Shown: in pieces, positions 47,212 through 58,494 of the stretch
How positions within the stretch are numbered: the stretch's first letter is position 1
How the letters are laid out: every line of letters starts with the position of its first letter
Source of the DNA: a bacterium
GTDB taxonomy: Bacteria > Bdellovibrionota_C > UBA2361 > RFPC01
Reading direction: 5' to 3'
NCBI GenBank assembly: GCA_009926305.1
Contig: RFPC01000005.1
Location: forward strand, 7,649-71,648
Length of the DNA stretch: 64,000 nucleotides
The notes under the pieces: model-generated
The model's database searches: none
The model's input: the letters and a program-made list of their open reading frames with translations, nothing else
What the model was told of the DNA's origin: nothing
Program-made: the position numbers and the translations under genes

Positions 47212-48384
47212 TCAGGTATACTGACCAGCACAAAAGCCAGAGGCCCACGCCCACTGGAAGTTATATCCTCCCAGCCATCCAGTGACGTCTAATACTTCTC
47301 CGATGAAAAATAATCCCTCAACATTCACTGCTTGAAAGGTCTTTGAAGAAATATCACGAGTATCAACTCCACCGACGGTAACTTCAGCCATGCGATATCC
47401 TTCAGTTCCACCCGGTATAAATTTCCACATGAAACACGCCTGCCGCAAATACTCTCGCTCGCTCAACTGGAGCGAAGAGAAAGGACGCATTTGAAATCTC
47501 GTATCAAGAAACTTCTTCAAGAACCGTTTGGGGAGCGCTTCTTGTAAAATGGTCCCGACCTCTTTCTGGGATCCCTCATACTTTTTAAACAACGCATCCA
47601 AAACCTCAGTCCGCAAAAGCTCAACCTCAATAGCTATTCCATCCTTCCAGAACGAGGAGACCTGCAGCATCGCTGGCCCACTGACGCCTTTATGGGTAAA
47701 GAGCATATTCTCTCGAAATTGAGCTGATTGAACCGAGGCCTCTACCGCGAGAGATACGCCTGCTAACTCCTCATATTCTGAACGGATACTCTCTGGAAAT
47801 GTAAAGGGAACAAGACCAGGCTTGAGCTCAGTCCGCCGAACCCCAAACTGGTCTGCCAGACAATGACCAAAGTCTGTCGCTCCCATCTTCGGTATGGATA
47901 AACCGCCTGTTGCGACAACCAGTGTCTGAGTTGTGAAATCGCCCTTAGAAGTGGAGAGATAAAATATCTCGTCCTTTCTTACTTCCATGACGGAACATCC
48001 CGTAATGATTGTTACACCATGCTCGGCACACTCTGTCGACAACATCCCTACCACTTGACGGGACGAGCCATCACAAAAGAGCTGTCCAAGTTTCTTCTCA
48101 TGATATGCGATGTTATGTTTCTCGATCAGCGCAATAAAATCATGCGGCGAATATCGAGAGAGCGCCGATTTACAGAAATGCGGGTTTTCAGAGAGGTAAT
48201 TATCGGGCGAAGCATGAATATTGGTAAAATTACAACGACCACCGCCAGAGATGAGAATTTTTTTCCCGATTTTTTCGCAATGCTCAATGAGAAGCGTCTT
48301 CCTCCCTCGCCGTCCAGACTCGATGGCACACATCAGACCTGCAGCCCCAGCCCCTATGATAATAACATCCCACGCCTGTTTCAC
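47212..48384 (-). CDS. HI0933/YhiN/BaiN-family flavoprotein
   Basis: IIGAGAAG, GKKILISGGGRCNFTN, LFTHKG.SGPA, VTVGGV, GGYNFQWAWASG. Confidence 0.92.
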   Translation of the reverse strand: MKQAWDVIIIGAGAAGLMCAIESGRRGRKTLLIEHCEKIGKKILISGGGRCNFTNIHASPDNYLSENPHFCKSALSRYSPHDFIALIEKHNIAYHEKKLGQLFCDGSSRQVVGMLSTECAEHGVTIITGCSVMEVRKDEIFYLSTSKGDFTTQTLVVATGGLSIPKMGATDFGHCLADQFGVRRTELKPGLVPFTFPESIRSEYEELAGVSLAVEASVQSAQFRENMLFTHKGVSGPAMLQVSSFWKDGIAIEVELLRTEVLDALFKKYEGSQKEVGTILQEALPKRFLKKFLDTRFQMRPFSSLQLSEREYLRQACFMWKFIPGGTEGYRMAEVTVGGVDTRDISSKTFQAVNVEGLFFIGEVLDVTGWLGGYNFQWAWASGFCAGQYT

Positions 48385-48556
48385 GTCCTTACTATAATAA
48401 GTTCAACTGATTTCTGCCATGGGATACGGAGGGAAGTTGACATAGCATGACCCTACGCCAATATACTCTCGTATCAAGATGCACTTTTCAGAGAGGCTTT
48501 CGAGACAGAACATGACCTTGGGATTGAGGATGAACGTGGCTACCGAACGACTCGGG

Positions 48557-49261
48557 ATGAGATGTCTGATAACCACATGTCTGCTCGTGATGACAATAGG
48601 GAACTTCGGATGCTCCACCAGACCCATATCGACCAGACAGTTACCAGCAGAACATGAACACCTGAACTCACTCCTCTCTTATGAGAAAATATTAGTATCT
48701 TTACAACAGGTCTGCCCACCAAATGCTGATTCTCCTTGGACAGATCTTCTCAACCGAATCAAGCTCAGATTAGCTTCTGCCGAACAACACGCACACCACT
48801 TAAAAAATACTTCCATTCATATTCTTGATTGCCGAAAAGCTTTATCATTTGTAGCACCACCAGATACTGTTTTGATCTCGACGGGGATGCTCTCAGTACT
48901 CCCCTCTGAATCTGCACTTGCCTTCCTTGTTGCTCATGAGCTTGCGCATATAGCACTGAACCACGTATCCATAGGAGATGCTGCGCACTTAGAATTCCAG
49001 CGAGGCCAAGAACGTGCGGCAGATATGTTTGCCCTACATCTTCTCATGGCAGCCCATTACAATCCGAAAGCAGCTTTGGCGGTATTCTCAGACAAAAAAC
49101 TTTTTGCCTCTATCGAATGGCACCTTAGCCCAACCCATCCAGAAGTACAGGAGCGAAAAGAGATCCTGGAGGAAACGCTTCTAAAAAGTGGTGTAGCGCC
49201 ATCGGGAACGATTTCAAGTCGTGACTTCCTAAGACTCAAATCCTTGAGGAAATATTACTAA
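48557..49261 (+). CDS. M48-family zinc metallopeptidase lipoprotein
   Basis: Lipobox NFGC; HELAH zinc motif; QERAAD; THP...R. Confidence 0.8.
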   Translation: MRCLITTCLLVMTIGNFGCSTRPISTRQLPAEHEHLNSLLSYEKILVSLQQVCPPNADSPWTDLLNRIKLRLASAEQHAHHLKNTSIHILDCRKALSFVAPPDTVLISTGMLSVLPSESALAFLVAHELAHIALNHVSIGDAAHLEFQRGQERAADMFALHLLMAAHYNPKAALAVFSDKKLFASIEWHLSPTHPEVQERKEILEETLLKSGVAPSGTISSRDFLRLKSLRKYY

Positions 49262-49268
49262 GCCGTCA

Positions 49269-51122
49269 TTACTCGTTTGCAAGCTCTTGTAGTAGACGAT
49301 GGGCAAGGGACACCGGCATTCTTCCTGCTTTTGCAATTTCTTCAGGAGCAGCTCCACGAATCATTTTCAGACTTCCAAAGTGTTTCAAGAGTCTTCTCTT
49401 CCTTTCCGGTCCAATTCCTGAGATTTCATCAAGACGCGATTTACGGGAACGCCCGTCTCGAATCTTTCGATGAAATTCAATCACGTAGCGGTGAGCCTCA
49501 TCACGCACTCGCTGAAGATATCGCGTTGATTCAGCCAGAAGGTCTAATGCTATCGGCTGTGCTTGAGAACGGAGAAAAACTCTCTCGACTTTGAGTTGTG
49601 CATCGCCTCTTCGAGCACCGGAGCTCTTCTTCGTCCCTGTGCTGTCTCGAATTTTGGCTAACCCTACGATATCAAGATGAAGATCATACTCGTCAACTAC
49701 ACGACTTGCTCGTTCAAGCTGGCCTCTCCCTCCGTCAATGATCAGTAAGTCAGGGAGTATCTCTGGGGACATTTTCGCTCTCGCAAGCTTGCGACGCATT
49801 ACTTCTTCAATAGCCGCAAAGTCATCAGGCTTTCCATCAAGTGCAAGTCGATACTGTCGATATCGAGATTTATCAGGCTGACCGTCCCAAAAACTAACAA
49901 TCGCACCAACGATATCGCTCCCTTGAAGATTCGAGATATCAAGACACTCAATTCGCCGGGGCATTTGATGAAGACGGCACGTTTTAGCAATCGCCTCTGC
50001 AATTTGCTGATACCGTTCTTCACGATCGAATTGAGCAATAAAATGCTCTTTTGCATTCAGGGCAGCTAGTCCGAGGAGACGGAACTTGACCCCACGTTGA
50101 GGTTGAAGAATCTCAACACTCCCACCCCTCATTGCTTTCAGCGACTCAATTAAACCTTCAGACGATTCAAGCGGTTCGGGAGTGAGAATCTCTCGTGGAA
50201 TCACTCTTCCCGCCTGATAAAACTGGCTGATCGCTGAAGCAAGCACTTCATCAGAGGGAATTTCTACACCCTCGAGACAAAAATTATGATTTTCAGCAAG
50301 TCGGCCATTACGAACACGCAAGACCGAAACAACAATGAGTCGTTCTTCTCGATAATAGGCGAATGCATCTCTATTCTCGCCACCAGGAGAGACCGAAGCC
50401 TGGCGAGTCGAAAAGTTATCGATTATCTTCAGGCGATCCCTATAAAGAGAAGCATCTTCAAAGCGAAGCTCTTCCGAGGCTTGATCCATTAAACGGAGTA
50501 ATTCTTCGGTGATAGAGTCGGTATTTCCTTCAAGAATACGGACCGCTTGGTCTAACCATGATTGATATTCCGACGGATCTACCTCCAAACAACATGGGCC
50601 AGAGCAACGACGAATCTGATATTCAAGGCATGGGCGTTGGCGATTATAAAAAACGGCATCACGGCATGTTCTTAACGGAACGACCTTCTTGATGAGATCA
50701 AGCACCGTCCGCAATTCATAAGAGAATGTAAAGGGGCCATAATAATCTGCTCCATCCTCTACGGGTCGCCGTACGAGTTCAAGTTTCGGCCACTGAGCTT
50801 TACGATCAATGCGCACATGTAAATACGATTTGTCATCCTTCAGCCGAATGTTGTACCGCGGCTTATACTGGGTGATCAGATCTCGCTCGAGCACAAACGC
50901 TTCATGCTCTCCTGAGGTCAGGATTACCTCTATATCCTCGACTCGGCTGACAATATAGGGCACCGTATGTCGCTCATCAGAACCAGAAAAATAACTTTTC
51001 ACTCGACTTCTGAGGTTCTTCGCTTTACCAACATAGATTACTTCACCCTTTCCATCTCGCATCAGATATACACCTGTTCGAGTAGGAAGTTTTGATACGC
51101 GCTGATGAAGTTTTTCTTTCAT
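49269..51122 (-). CDS. uvrC: Excinuclease ABC subunit C
   Basis: GIY-YIG (GVYLM...YVGKAKNLR.RV), RIECLDIS, PDLLIIDGG.GQL, RDEAH, HhH motif. Confidence 0.96.
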   Translation of the reverse strand: MKEKLHQRVSKLPTRTGVYLMRDGKGEVIYVGKAKNLRSRVKSYFSGSDERHTVPYIVSRVEDIEVILTSGEHEAFVLERDLITQYKPRYNIRLKDDKSYLHVRIDRKAQWPKLELVRRPVEDGADYYGPFTFSYELRTVLDLIKKVVPLRTCRDAVFYNRQRPCLEYQIRRCSGPCCLEVDPSEYQSWLDQAVRILEGNTDSITEELLRLMDQASEELRFEDASLYRDRLKIIDNFSTRQASVSPGGENRDAFAYYREERLIVVSVLRVRNGRLAENHNFCLEGVEIPSDEVLASAISQFYQAGRVIPREILTPEPLESSEGLIESLKAMRGGSVEILQPQRGVKFRLLGLAALNAKEHFIAQFDREERYQQIAEAIAKTCRLHQMPRRIECLDISNLQGSDIVGAIVSFWDGQPDKSRYRQYRLALDGKPDDFAAIEEVMRRKLARAKMSPEILPDLLIIDGGRGQLERASRVVDEYDLHLDIVGLAKIRDSTGTKKSSGARRGDAQLKVERVFLRSQAQPIALDLLAESTRYLQRVRDEAHRYVIEFHRKIRDGRSRKSRLDEISGIGPERKRRLLKHFGSLKMIRGAAPEEIAKAGRMPVSLAHRLLQELANE

Positions 51123-51128
51123 TATAGA

Positions 51129-53159
51129 TTATGCCAAGGTCATCATTTTATTCATTATGGCTTGAATGCTATCACGCAAAGCAGCAGCTCGCTCGAACTC
51201 ACGACTTGCTGCTGCATCAAACATTTGCTTCTTTAGCGATTCTATTAATCTCTTCTGAGCTCGCGAATCCTCAGGGATTTCTATTTTCTGTTCTCCAACC
51301 TGAATCTCGGTTGCATCAACCTCTTCGACAAGCGGAGCTTGCTCTCTTCTTATTGCAGACCGAGGAACAATCCCGTGCTTTTCATTGAAGGCCGCTTGAA
51401 TGGCACGTCTACGTTCCGTTTCATCAATAGCTGCTTGCATTGAGCCAGTTATGCGATCTCCATAGAGTATCGCTCTGCCGTGAATATTTCGAGCGGCTCG
51501 GCCAATGGTCTGAATGAGAGAAGGTCCCGACCGTAAAAATCCTTCCTTATCAGCATCAAGGACAGCAACTAAACTCACCTCAACAAGGTCAAGCCCCTCT
51601 CTAAGAAGATTAATGCCGATCAGGACATCAAAATCTCCCTTACGGAGCCCTCTTAATATCTCAACTCGTTCTATAGTCTTTATATCACTATGTAGGTATC
51701 GGCACCGAATGCCATTTTCTCGTAAATATTCTGAAAGATCCTCTGCCATTCGTTTCGTAAGCGTAGTCACAAGCACTCGCTCCTTTCGTTGAATGGTTTC
51801 CTGAATCTCATTCAACAGATCATCGATCTGATTCTTCGCCGGCCGAACGAGTAATGCAGGATCAAGAAGCCCGGTTGGTCGATTCACTTGCTCAACGACC
51901 ATCCCCTCACTCAGCGCAAGCTCTCGCTCAGAGGGAGTAGCCGAGACAAAAATTGTCTGTCCGACACGCTCCCAGAACTCATCAATATTGAGTGGGCGAT
52001 TATCAAGTGCTGATGGAAGTCGAAATCCATAGTCAACAAGACTCTGCTTTCTCGCTTGATCTCCATTATACATCCCTCCAAGTTGAGGGAGCGTGACATG
52101 ACTCTCATCAATTACCAGCAGAAAATCCGAGGGGAAATAATCGAGTAATGTAGTAGGTGGTGCCCCTTCATCTCTTCCTGAAAGATGCCTGCTGTAATTC
52201 TCAATTCCTGGACAAAAGCCAGACTCTTCCAGCAACTCGAGATCGTAGAGGGTTCTTTGCTCTAAACGCTCTGCTTCAAGAACTTTTCCTTGATTCCTCA
52301 AACGGGGCAACCAGAACGTTAACTCTTTCCGAATCGTCTGGATTCCCGTTTCAATCTGCTCTCTTCCCGTAACATAGTGACTCACTGGATAAATAGCTGC
52401 TCTTTTCAGCGGTGCAATGGAATGTCCTGTAATTGGATCCAAGAGGGAGAGCTCTTCTAGCTCATCGCCAAAAAACATCATTCGAATAGCCTGAGAGTCT
52501 TCATCAGCTGGAAATACATCCAGAGTATCACCTCTTGCACGAAACGTGCCTCGACTGAACTCAATATCCGATCTCCGATATTGCATCAGAACAAGTTGTC
52601 TTATCGCATCCTCACGAGAGAGTTCTTGCCCAGGCTCAACAAAGAGCATCATTCGGAAGTAGTCTTCGGGCGCCCCCAATCCATAAATACAACTCACACT
52701 CGCTATGATGATTGCATCTCGCCCCTCCAAGATCGCCCGCGTTGAGCTATGACGCAGTTTATCGATCTCCTCGTTAATGGCAGCATCTTTCTCAATATAG
52801 GTATCGGTGGCAGGTACGTAGGCTTCAGGCTGATAGTAATCGTAATAAGACACAAAATAACGGACTCGATTCTCGGGAAAAAATTCTCGAAATTCGCTGT
52901 ACAGCTGAGCGGCTAATGTCTTGTTGGGGGCAACAATGAGCGTAGGGCGTCCGAGCTTTTCGATAATATTTGCCATGGTATACGTTTTACCAGAACCCGT
53001 TACACCGAGAAGCGTCTGATAACGAACTCCATGCGTAATATTCTCTAAGAGTTGCGCAATGGCTGACGGCTGGTCACCGGCAGGGACAAAGGGTGATGTT
53101 AACTGAAAGTCTCGCTCCTCTAATGAGAGCCCTTCTATGAAATGAGAACGTATGACCAT
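51129..53159 (-). CDS. uvrB: Excinuclease ABC subunit B
   Basis: [45 protein letters not shown] domain. Confidence 0.97.
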   Translation of the reverse strand: MVIRSHFIEGLSLEERDFQLTSPFVPAGDQPSAIAQLLENITHGVRYQTLLGVTGSGKTYTMANIIEKLGRPTLIVAPNKTLAAQLYSEFREFFPENRVRYFVSYYDYYQPEAYVPATDTYIEKDAAINEEIDKLRHSSTRAILEGRDAIIIASVSCIYGLGAPEDYFRMMLFVEPGQELSREDAIRQLVLMQYRRSDIEFSRGTFRARGDTLDVFPADEDSQAIRMMFFGDELEELSLLDPITGHSIAPLKRAAIYPVSHYVTGREQIETGIQTIRKELTFWLPRLRNQGKVLEAERLEQRTLYDLELLEESGFCPGIENYSRHLSGRDEGAPPTTLLDYFPSDFLLVIDESHVTLPQLGGMYNGDQARKQSLVDYGFRLPSALDNRPLNIDEFWERVGQTIFVSATPSERELALSEGMVVEQVNRPTGLLDPALLVRPAKNQIDDLLNEIQETIQRKERVLVTTLTKRMAEDLSEYLRENGIRCRYLHSDIKTIERVEILRGLRKGDFDVLIGINLLREGLDLVEVSLVAVLDADKEGFLRSGPSLIQTIGRAARNIHGRAILYGDRITGSMQAAIDETERRRAIQAAFNEKHGIVPRSAIRREQAPLVEEVDATEIQVGEQKIEIPEDSRAQKRLIESLKKQMFDAAASREFERAAALRDSIQAIMNKMMTLA

Positions 53160-53423
53160 GCTTCTTTATTATACCCTAGCGTGAGGAAAAGATCAGAGGG
53201 GAAAAGCGTTAGGAGGCTACTCGGAGGTTGTCACCTTGAAAATATCCCCGATTTTTTTCTTAATCCCGAGCCAAACTCTTCTTCACCTTCATTGTAGGAA
53301 TGAATTAGCACTTCCTTACGAAACAAGTCGAGTAAAGTACGGCATCTCTAGCAAGTTGCCAGAGAGAGCACAACTCTTAATTCAGAAGCCAAATGAGAGC
53401 GCCTTACAGACTATTGCTCGGCA

Positions 53424-54038
53424 TCATGTCGCTCTTCGAAAATACACCGAGTAAAGCAGATGCTTCACCGCATCCCTCCCCCGGATTCTTCCAATACCAA
53501 TCTGAAAGAAGCCATGTCTTTTATGCAACCGTTCGGAGGGAAGATTCCGTAATGGTGCGAATGCGATAGTTGAGATGACATCGAGCCCTCGACAAGTCTG
53601 AAACAGGTTATCGAGAAGCGCACCTGCAATCCCATGTCCCATAAACTCGGGCTCTACCGCGATTTTCGCCAGCCAGCCAACCTTATGCATCTCTCTCAGA
53701 TTAAAGTCATACTGAGTGATATACCTATCTGCTTCCAAGCGCTCTTGAAGTAGAGGCGATTGAGGAGGAAAGAGATATACGAAACCGACTACCATATCTC
53801 TGTAGATGGCGAGATAAAACTTGGAGAACTGTCTATAGTTGAGATAGCTCTCCAGGGTGTCTCCACTTTTTATCAGGAAACCTTCTTCCCGTGCAGCCTC
53901 TCGCGCCTCCCCCAAACGCCTTTCTAGAGATAGGCACGACATAAGCTCTGCATCAGACTCTACTTCACGAATTTCGAGGTGCGTTAGTAGATTTGTCGAG
54001 ACCAACGAACTGTTTGAGTTTTTCTTCACGTTGCCCAT
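53424..54038 (-). CDS. GNAT-family N-acetyltransferase
   Basis: KIAVEPEFMGHGIAG motif A; N.PS.RLHKRHGF motif B; start uncertain. Confidence 0.8.
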   Translation of the reverse strand: MGNVKKNSNSSLVSTNLLTHLEIREVESDAELMSCLSLERRLGEAREAAREEGFLIKSGDTLESYLNYRQFSKFYLAIYRDMVVGFVYLFPPQSPLLQERLEADRYITQYDFNLREMHKVGWLAKIAVEPEFMGHGIAGALLDNLFQTCRGLDVISTIAFAPLRNLPSERLHKRHGFFQIGIGRIRGRDAVKHLLYSVYFRRAT

Positions 54039-54148
54039 CTCTACGCTCGGGTCTTTCACGATTACGAGCGCACCAGTCAATACAGGTCTCTACACCGAGC
54101 CCTTACCAGATTGCACTCGCCGTTACACTTCGACGCCGATCCTCCTGC

Positions 54149-55213
54149 TTAACGGCTGCGAGCTTCCTCTATTCTTTCTTTTGCAAGCTGAATAGCAACC
54201 TCTTCTGAAAAACGTTTTCTCTTTTCGGATTCTGCGATGATTAGATGCGTAGTATCAAAAATGGCATTTACCTTCTCGGTTACCCAGGACTCATTCCATC
54301 CAGAATCATTAAGCTCTGCGCCTACAGAGATTACTCCCCCTGAGTTAATAGCAAAGTCAGGAAGATAAAGAAGTCCCCGATCTTCAATCATATCGTACAT
54401 CGAGCTGTCAGAGAGCTGATTATTTGCTGCTCCAGCAATAACGCTACACTTCAGCCGTGGCAGAGTATCCTTGTTGACTGTTTGACCAATCGCACAGGGG
54501 CAGTAAATATCAGCTTCCACATCATAAATCTCATCAGTTGAAACTGCCTTCACCCCAAAATCGTTAACAACAGAGCGCAACGTTTCCTCGTACGAGTCTG
54601 TAACAATAACGCTCGCTCCGAGCTCACAGAGCTGCTCGACTATATATCGCCCTACGTGTCCCACGCCCTGCACTGAAACAGTCTTTCCCGTCAGTGCAGT
54701 CGTACCAAATCGAGCCTCTGCTCCTGCGCGAATCGCCTGAACGACACCCTTCGCAGTCCACGGAGAAGGGTCACCGGCCCCGCCCTCTTCTCGAGAAACT
54801 CCAGTTGCAAATCGGGTATGCTCCTTGACCCAAGCAACATCCTGCTCGGTCGTTCCCATATCCTCAGCGGTGACGTATCTTCCACTCAGCGATTCAACGC
54901 ATTTGCCAAACTGATTAAATAGCTCTCTTCTTTTCTCAGTAAAGTGCGGATCAATCCAGATACATGCCTTTCCACCACCCAGAGGCATACCTGCAATTGC
55001 GCTCTTGTATGTCATTCCTTCTGAGAGCCGTAGCACATCCTCTATCGCCTCATTCTCATTTTGATAGTTTCTTAAACGGCACCCTCCCAGTGCTGGGCCA
55101 AGCACAGAATTGTGCACTGCGACAAATGCTTTCAGGCCAACTTCTGGATAGTGAAATACTACTAATTGCTCGTGACCTCGTGATTCAACTTCCTGCATTA
55201 ATGAAAATGTCAT
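54149..55213 (-). CDS. Leucine dehydrogenase (Glu/Leu/Phe/Val dehydrogenase family)
   Basis: HNSVLGPALGGCR, LRLSEGMTYK, GGGKA, TAEDMGT, QGVGHVG, AGAANNQL, NSGGVI. Confidence 0.9.
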   Translation of the reverse strand: MTFSLMQEVESRGHEQLVVFHYPEVGLKAFVAVHNSVLGPALGGCRLRNYQNENEAIEDVLRLSEGMTYKSAIAGMPLGGGKACIWIDPHFTEKRRELFNQFGKCVESLSGRYVTAEDMGTTEQDVAWVKEHTRFATGVSREEGGAGDPSPWTAKGVVQAIRAGAEARFGTTALTGKTVSVQGVGHVGRYIVEQLCELGASVIVTDSYEETLRSVVNDFGVKAVSTDEIYDVEADIYCPCAIGQTVNKDTLPRLKCSVIAGAANNQLSDSSMYDMIEDRGLLYLPDFAINSGGVISVGAELNDSGWNESWVTEKVNAIFDTTHLIIAESEKRKRFSEEVAIQLAKERIEEARSR

Positions 55214-55330
55214 AATTCTCTCTCTTCTTACGGCAACCCTCATATCCGAAACAGCACTCCGACGGTATGAATGGGTAGCTCCGTTTGAACTCTTTTCGCA
55301 AATGAAAACCCTATGAAGGCAAAAATATCA

Positions 55331-55534
55331 CTAAAACGCTTTCCTCACTTCTCCTTCAGCTGGAGAACGGTTCTCTTGAAATTCAACCGTATACTCTGGT
55401 GCATCCTCGAGCTCTGAATTCTTCGTCAGATCATATGAAATCTTCTTACAGCCAAAAAGACCAGCTGCACAGATAACAATCAAAAGCGCCATCTCGACCG
55501 CTTGGAGAGTTCTTCCTTGTAATCTTTTTTTCAT
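55331..55534 (-). CDS. Small putative lipoprotein
   Basis: Basic N-terminus, hydrophobic core, LFGC lipobox; GGAG RBS. Confidence 0.55.
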   Translation of the reverse strand: MKKRLQGRTLQAVEMALLIVICAAGLFGCKKISYDLTKNSELEDAPEYTVEFQENRSPAEGEVRKAF

Positions 55535-55673
55535 TCTCGTACTCCAGTTTCTTTTTTACAGCTGACCCACTTATCGAGGCACCGCGATACGCGAAAATTC
55601 TTGCATATCCAGCCCCTTTTTTCCACCTCAAGACCCGGTGCTCTTCTCTATGAAATAGCCTTTTTTAGCCGTC

Positions 55674-57200
55674 TCAGAGCTCAAATTTCACCCCCTGGGC
55701 CAGGGGCAAATCTGTTGAGTAGTTAATGGTACAGGTTTGACGTCTCATGTACTGCTTCCAGGCATCACTCCCTGACTCACGTCCACCTCCAGTGTCTTTT
55801 TCTCCACCAAAGGCTCCCCCGATCTCTGCTCCAGACGTTCCGATATTTACATTCGCAATACCACAGTCACTCCCCGAAAAAGAGAGGAATCGCTCAGCAG
55901 ATCGCATCGACTCTGTAAACAGAGCTGAGCTGAGACCCTGAGCCACACAATTGTTGAGCGCAATAGCCTCATCAAGATTCTTAACCTTCATCAGATACAG
56001 TATCGGAGCAAAGGTTTCCTGCTGTACAATATCCGCTTCGTGACTTATCTCAATGAGCGTAGGTTGAACATAATTCGCTGAAGGATACCCAGAGGCAATG
56101 TTTCCTCCAGCTAAAACCACTCCCCCTTGAGACTGTGCGCTTGCAACTGCACTCTGAAACTCTTGAACAGCGTGGCTATGAATCAATGGTCCCATCAAAG
56201 TATTATCATCGAGCGGATCTCCTATACGCACTTGCCCGTAGGCATGTATAAGTTTTCCCTTTAACTCTTCATAGATTCCTTCACCTACGAGCAATCGGCG
56301 CGTTGATGTGCATCGTTGTCCGGCAGTTCCAACCGCACCGAAGAGTATTGAAGGAAGCACAAGATTCAGGTCAGCATCATCCAAAACGATTACTGCATTA
56401 TTTCCACCGAGCTCAAGCAAGCTCTTTCCAAGCCTCTTTCCGACCGTTTCAGCTACCGAGAATCCCATTCGACACGAACCTGTAGCAGATATAAGCGGCA
56501 AACGTCGATCAGCTGCCATTTTTTGACCAAGAGCGGGTCCATCGCCAATGACCAGAGAAAACAGTGCTGGATATCCATGACGTGCAGCGACATCACGACA
56601 GATTGATTGAATTGCTATAGCAGAGAGTGGGGTTACTTCAGAGGGCTTCCATAACACCACGTCTCCACACACCGCTGCTATCATGGCGTTCCATGCCCAG
56701 ACCGCCATCGGGAAATTAAAAGCAGATATCACACCGACTGTTCCCAGTGGATGCCATTGTTCATACATACGGTGGCGCATCCTTTCGGAGTGCATACTCA
56801 GACCGTAGAGTTGCCGTGAAAGCCCTACTGCAAAATCAGCAATATCAATCGCTTCTTGAACCTCGCCCTTGCCTTCCGATACAATCTTGCCCATTTCCAG
56901 TGTAATAAGAGCTCCGAGCAGATCTTTTTTCTCTCGCATTGCTTCGCCCATCTGTCGGACGATTTCGCCTCGTTGTGGCGCGGGCAGCTCTCTCCAACGA
57001 ACAAAAGTTTTCTCACAATCGGCAACGACCTTTTCATACGTTGTCTCATCTGCCGTTACGACCTCAGCGAGAGGCGCACCATCAATTGGGGAATAGCTTG
57101 TTAGAATTTTACCAGACGATTCATAGATTGAATCACCAATAGCTCCGGCTTGCCGACCAACGAGTCCCAAGTCGTGCAATATTTTTTCCCGAACTTCCAT
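55674..57200 (-). CDS. Aldehyde dehydrogenase, ALDH7/antiquitin-like (piperideine-6-carboxylate dehydrogenase)
   Basis: PAPQRGEIVRQ, GEVQE.IDI.DFAVGLSRQLYG, GTAGQRCT, GGEKDTGGGRESGSDAWK, LPLAQG. Confidence 0.9.
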   Translation of the reverse strand: MEVREKILHDLGLVGRQAGAIGDSIYESSGKILTSYSPIDGAPLAEVVTADETTYEKVVADCEKTFVRWRELPAPQRGEIVRQMGEAMREKKDLLGALITLEMGKIVSEGKGEVQEAIDIADFAVGLSRQLYGLSMHSERMRHRMYEQWHPLGTVGVISAFNFPMAVWAWNAMIAAVCGDVVLWKPSEVTPLSAIAIQSICRDVAARHGYPALFSLVIGDGPALGQKMAADRRLPLISATGSCRMGFSVAETVGKRLGKSLLELGGNNAVIVLDDADLNLVLPSILFGAVGTAGQRCTSTRRLLVGEGIYEELKGKLIHAYGQVRIGDPLDDNTLMGPLIHSHAVQEFQSAVASAQSQGGVVLAGGNIASGYPSANYVQPTLIEISHEADIVQQETFAPILYLMKVKNLDEAIALNNCVAQGLSSALFTESMRSAERFLSFSGSDCGIANVNIGTSGAEIGGAFGGEKDTGGGRESGSDAWKQYMRRQTCTINYSTDLPLAQGVKFEL

Positions 57201-57458
57201 TGCCCACCCCCTCTCTGTTTCGATAACCCTTAAAAGGTATACCAAGCTTTTGAGGAAGAGAGAACCTCCTCAGAAGAACTGGGGGAGCAAAGCGGGATAG
57301 TCTCTCTAGGATACAGAGAGCCTGAGCATCACCGATGCGCCATACTCAAGTGATCTCTATTCAAGGATTTTCCACAAAATGAGCTCGCTCAACTCGCACG
57401 ATGCTGAAGAGCAATACATGAAGAAATAGAGTATGGATGAAGTAGTGCGCTCCATAAC

Positions 57459-57526
57459 AAAAAAGGAAACAGTGATAAAAAAGGAAACAGTGACAAAAAA
57501 GGAAACAGTGACAAAAAAGGAAACAG
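57459..57526. repeat. Tandem repeat, ~3.8 x 18 bp (AAAAAAGGAAACAGTGAY), downstream of the tRNA
   Basis: Units at 57459, 57477, 57495 and partial at 57513. Confidence 0.9.
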
Positions 57527-57566
57527 GAAAACAGAAGACAAATAGAAGAAAGGGAACACATCACGA

Positions 57567-57643
<77 letters not shown>

Positions 57644-57662
57644 CCATGATTGTGCGTCCTAG

Positions 57663-57691
57663 ACGCTACATGGTTCCCCTGACAGAGTCAA
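57663..57691 (-). promoter_or_regulatory. Putative sigma70 promoter of the tRNA
   Basis: TTGACT-17 nt-TAGCGT on the minus strand, ending about 20 nt upstream of the tRNA. Confidence 0.45.
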
Positions 57692-57759
57692 GACGGCTCA
57701 CTATATAGCCTCCCTGGCATATTCTCCACCCGATGAGCGTAGCAAAACAGGGATACTGG

Positions 57760-58476
57760 CTACTGAAAGACTGCTGCACGGAGTGTTTGATACTTCTCTT
57801 CAGGAACTGCCATCATCTCGCCTCTTTTTAATTTTCCAAGGTGAAATGGACCATGGGAGACCCTATGAAGCTTCAAGACTGGGTGATGCACGTGATCCAT
57901 CATGCGTCTAATAATTCGTTTCTTTCCAGATCGAATCACAATTCTTAACCAGGTTGCATCTACTTGGGTCTCTTTGATGCTTACTTCAGCCTGTATTCGT
58001 CCATCTTCAAGATGAACTCCGCGTTGTAGTCGACGTAGTGTTTTCTCTGTTACAACACCTGCCACCCGCGCTTCATATACTCTATCAATCCCATATCTTG
58101 GATGAAGAAGACGGTCTGCAAGGTCTCCATCATTGGTCAAGATGATCAGTCCAGTTGATTCAAAATCCAGTCTCCCAACTGGCACGAATCCCTCTCTCTT
58201 TTTCCCCAAATAGTCACCGATACACGGTCGCTTCTCTGGATCACTTAATGTGGAGATCACATTCTTTGGCTTATGAAAAAGAATGACCCCGGGATGTGCT
58301 GAACGAACGACTCTATTACCGACCTTCACCGTGTCCGTTACGGGATTGACCTTTGTCCCCAAGGCTTCAACCACCGTGCCATTCACACGGACCCGTCCTT
58401 CACTAATGAGCTCATCTGCGGCTCTCCGAGAACAGACTCCACACTGAGCGAGGTAACGATTGAGTCGAATAGTCAT
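57760..58476 (-). CDS. rluB: rRNA pseudouridine synthase RluB (S4 domain + catalytic domain)
   Basis: RLNRYLA..G..SRRAADELI..GRV; PVGRLD..STGL..LTNDG; follows scpB. Confidence 0.88.
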   Translation of the reverse strand: MTIRLNRYLAQCGVCSRRAADELISEGRVRVNGTVVEALGTKVNPVTDTVKVGNRVVRSAHPGVILFHKPKNVISTLSDPEKRPCIGDYLGKKREGFVPVGRLDFESTGLIILTNDGDLADRLLHPRYGIDRVYEARVAGVVTEKTLRRLQRGVHLEDGRIQAEVSIKETQVDATWLRIVIRSGKKRIIRRMMDHVHHPVLKLHRVSHGPFHLGKLKRGEMMAVPEEKYQTLRAAVFQ

Positions 58477-58494
58477 GATATCTCTCTTTTTGCC

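Noticed and set aside
57245..57566. Integrated element at tRNA-fMet, and the Cys/Phe-rich ORF 57361-57564
   Set aside because: No integrase or duplicated tRNA 3' end was seen; the ORF is the translation of the 18-bp repeat.
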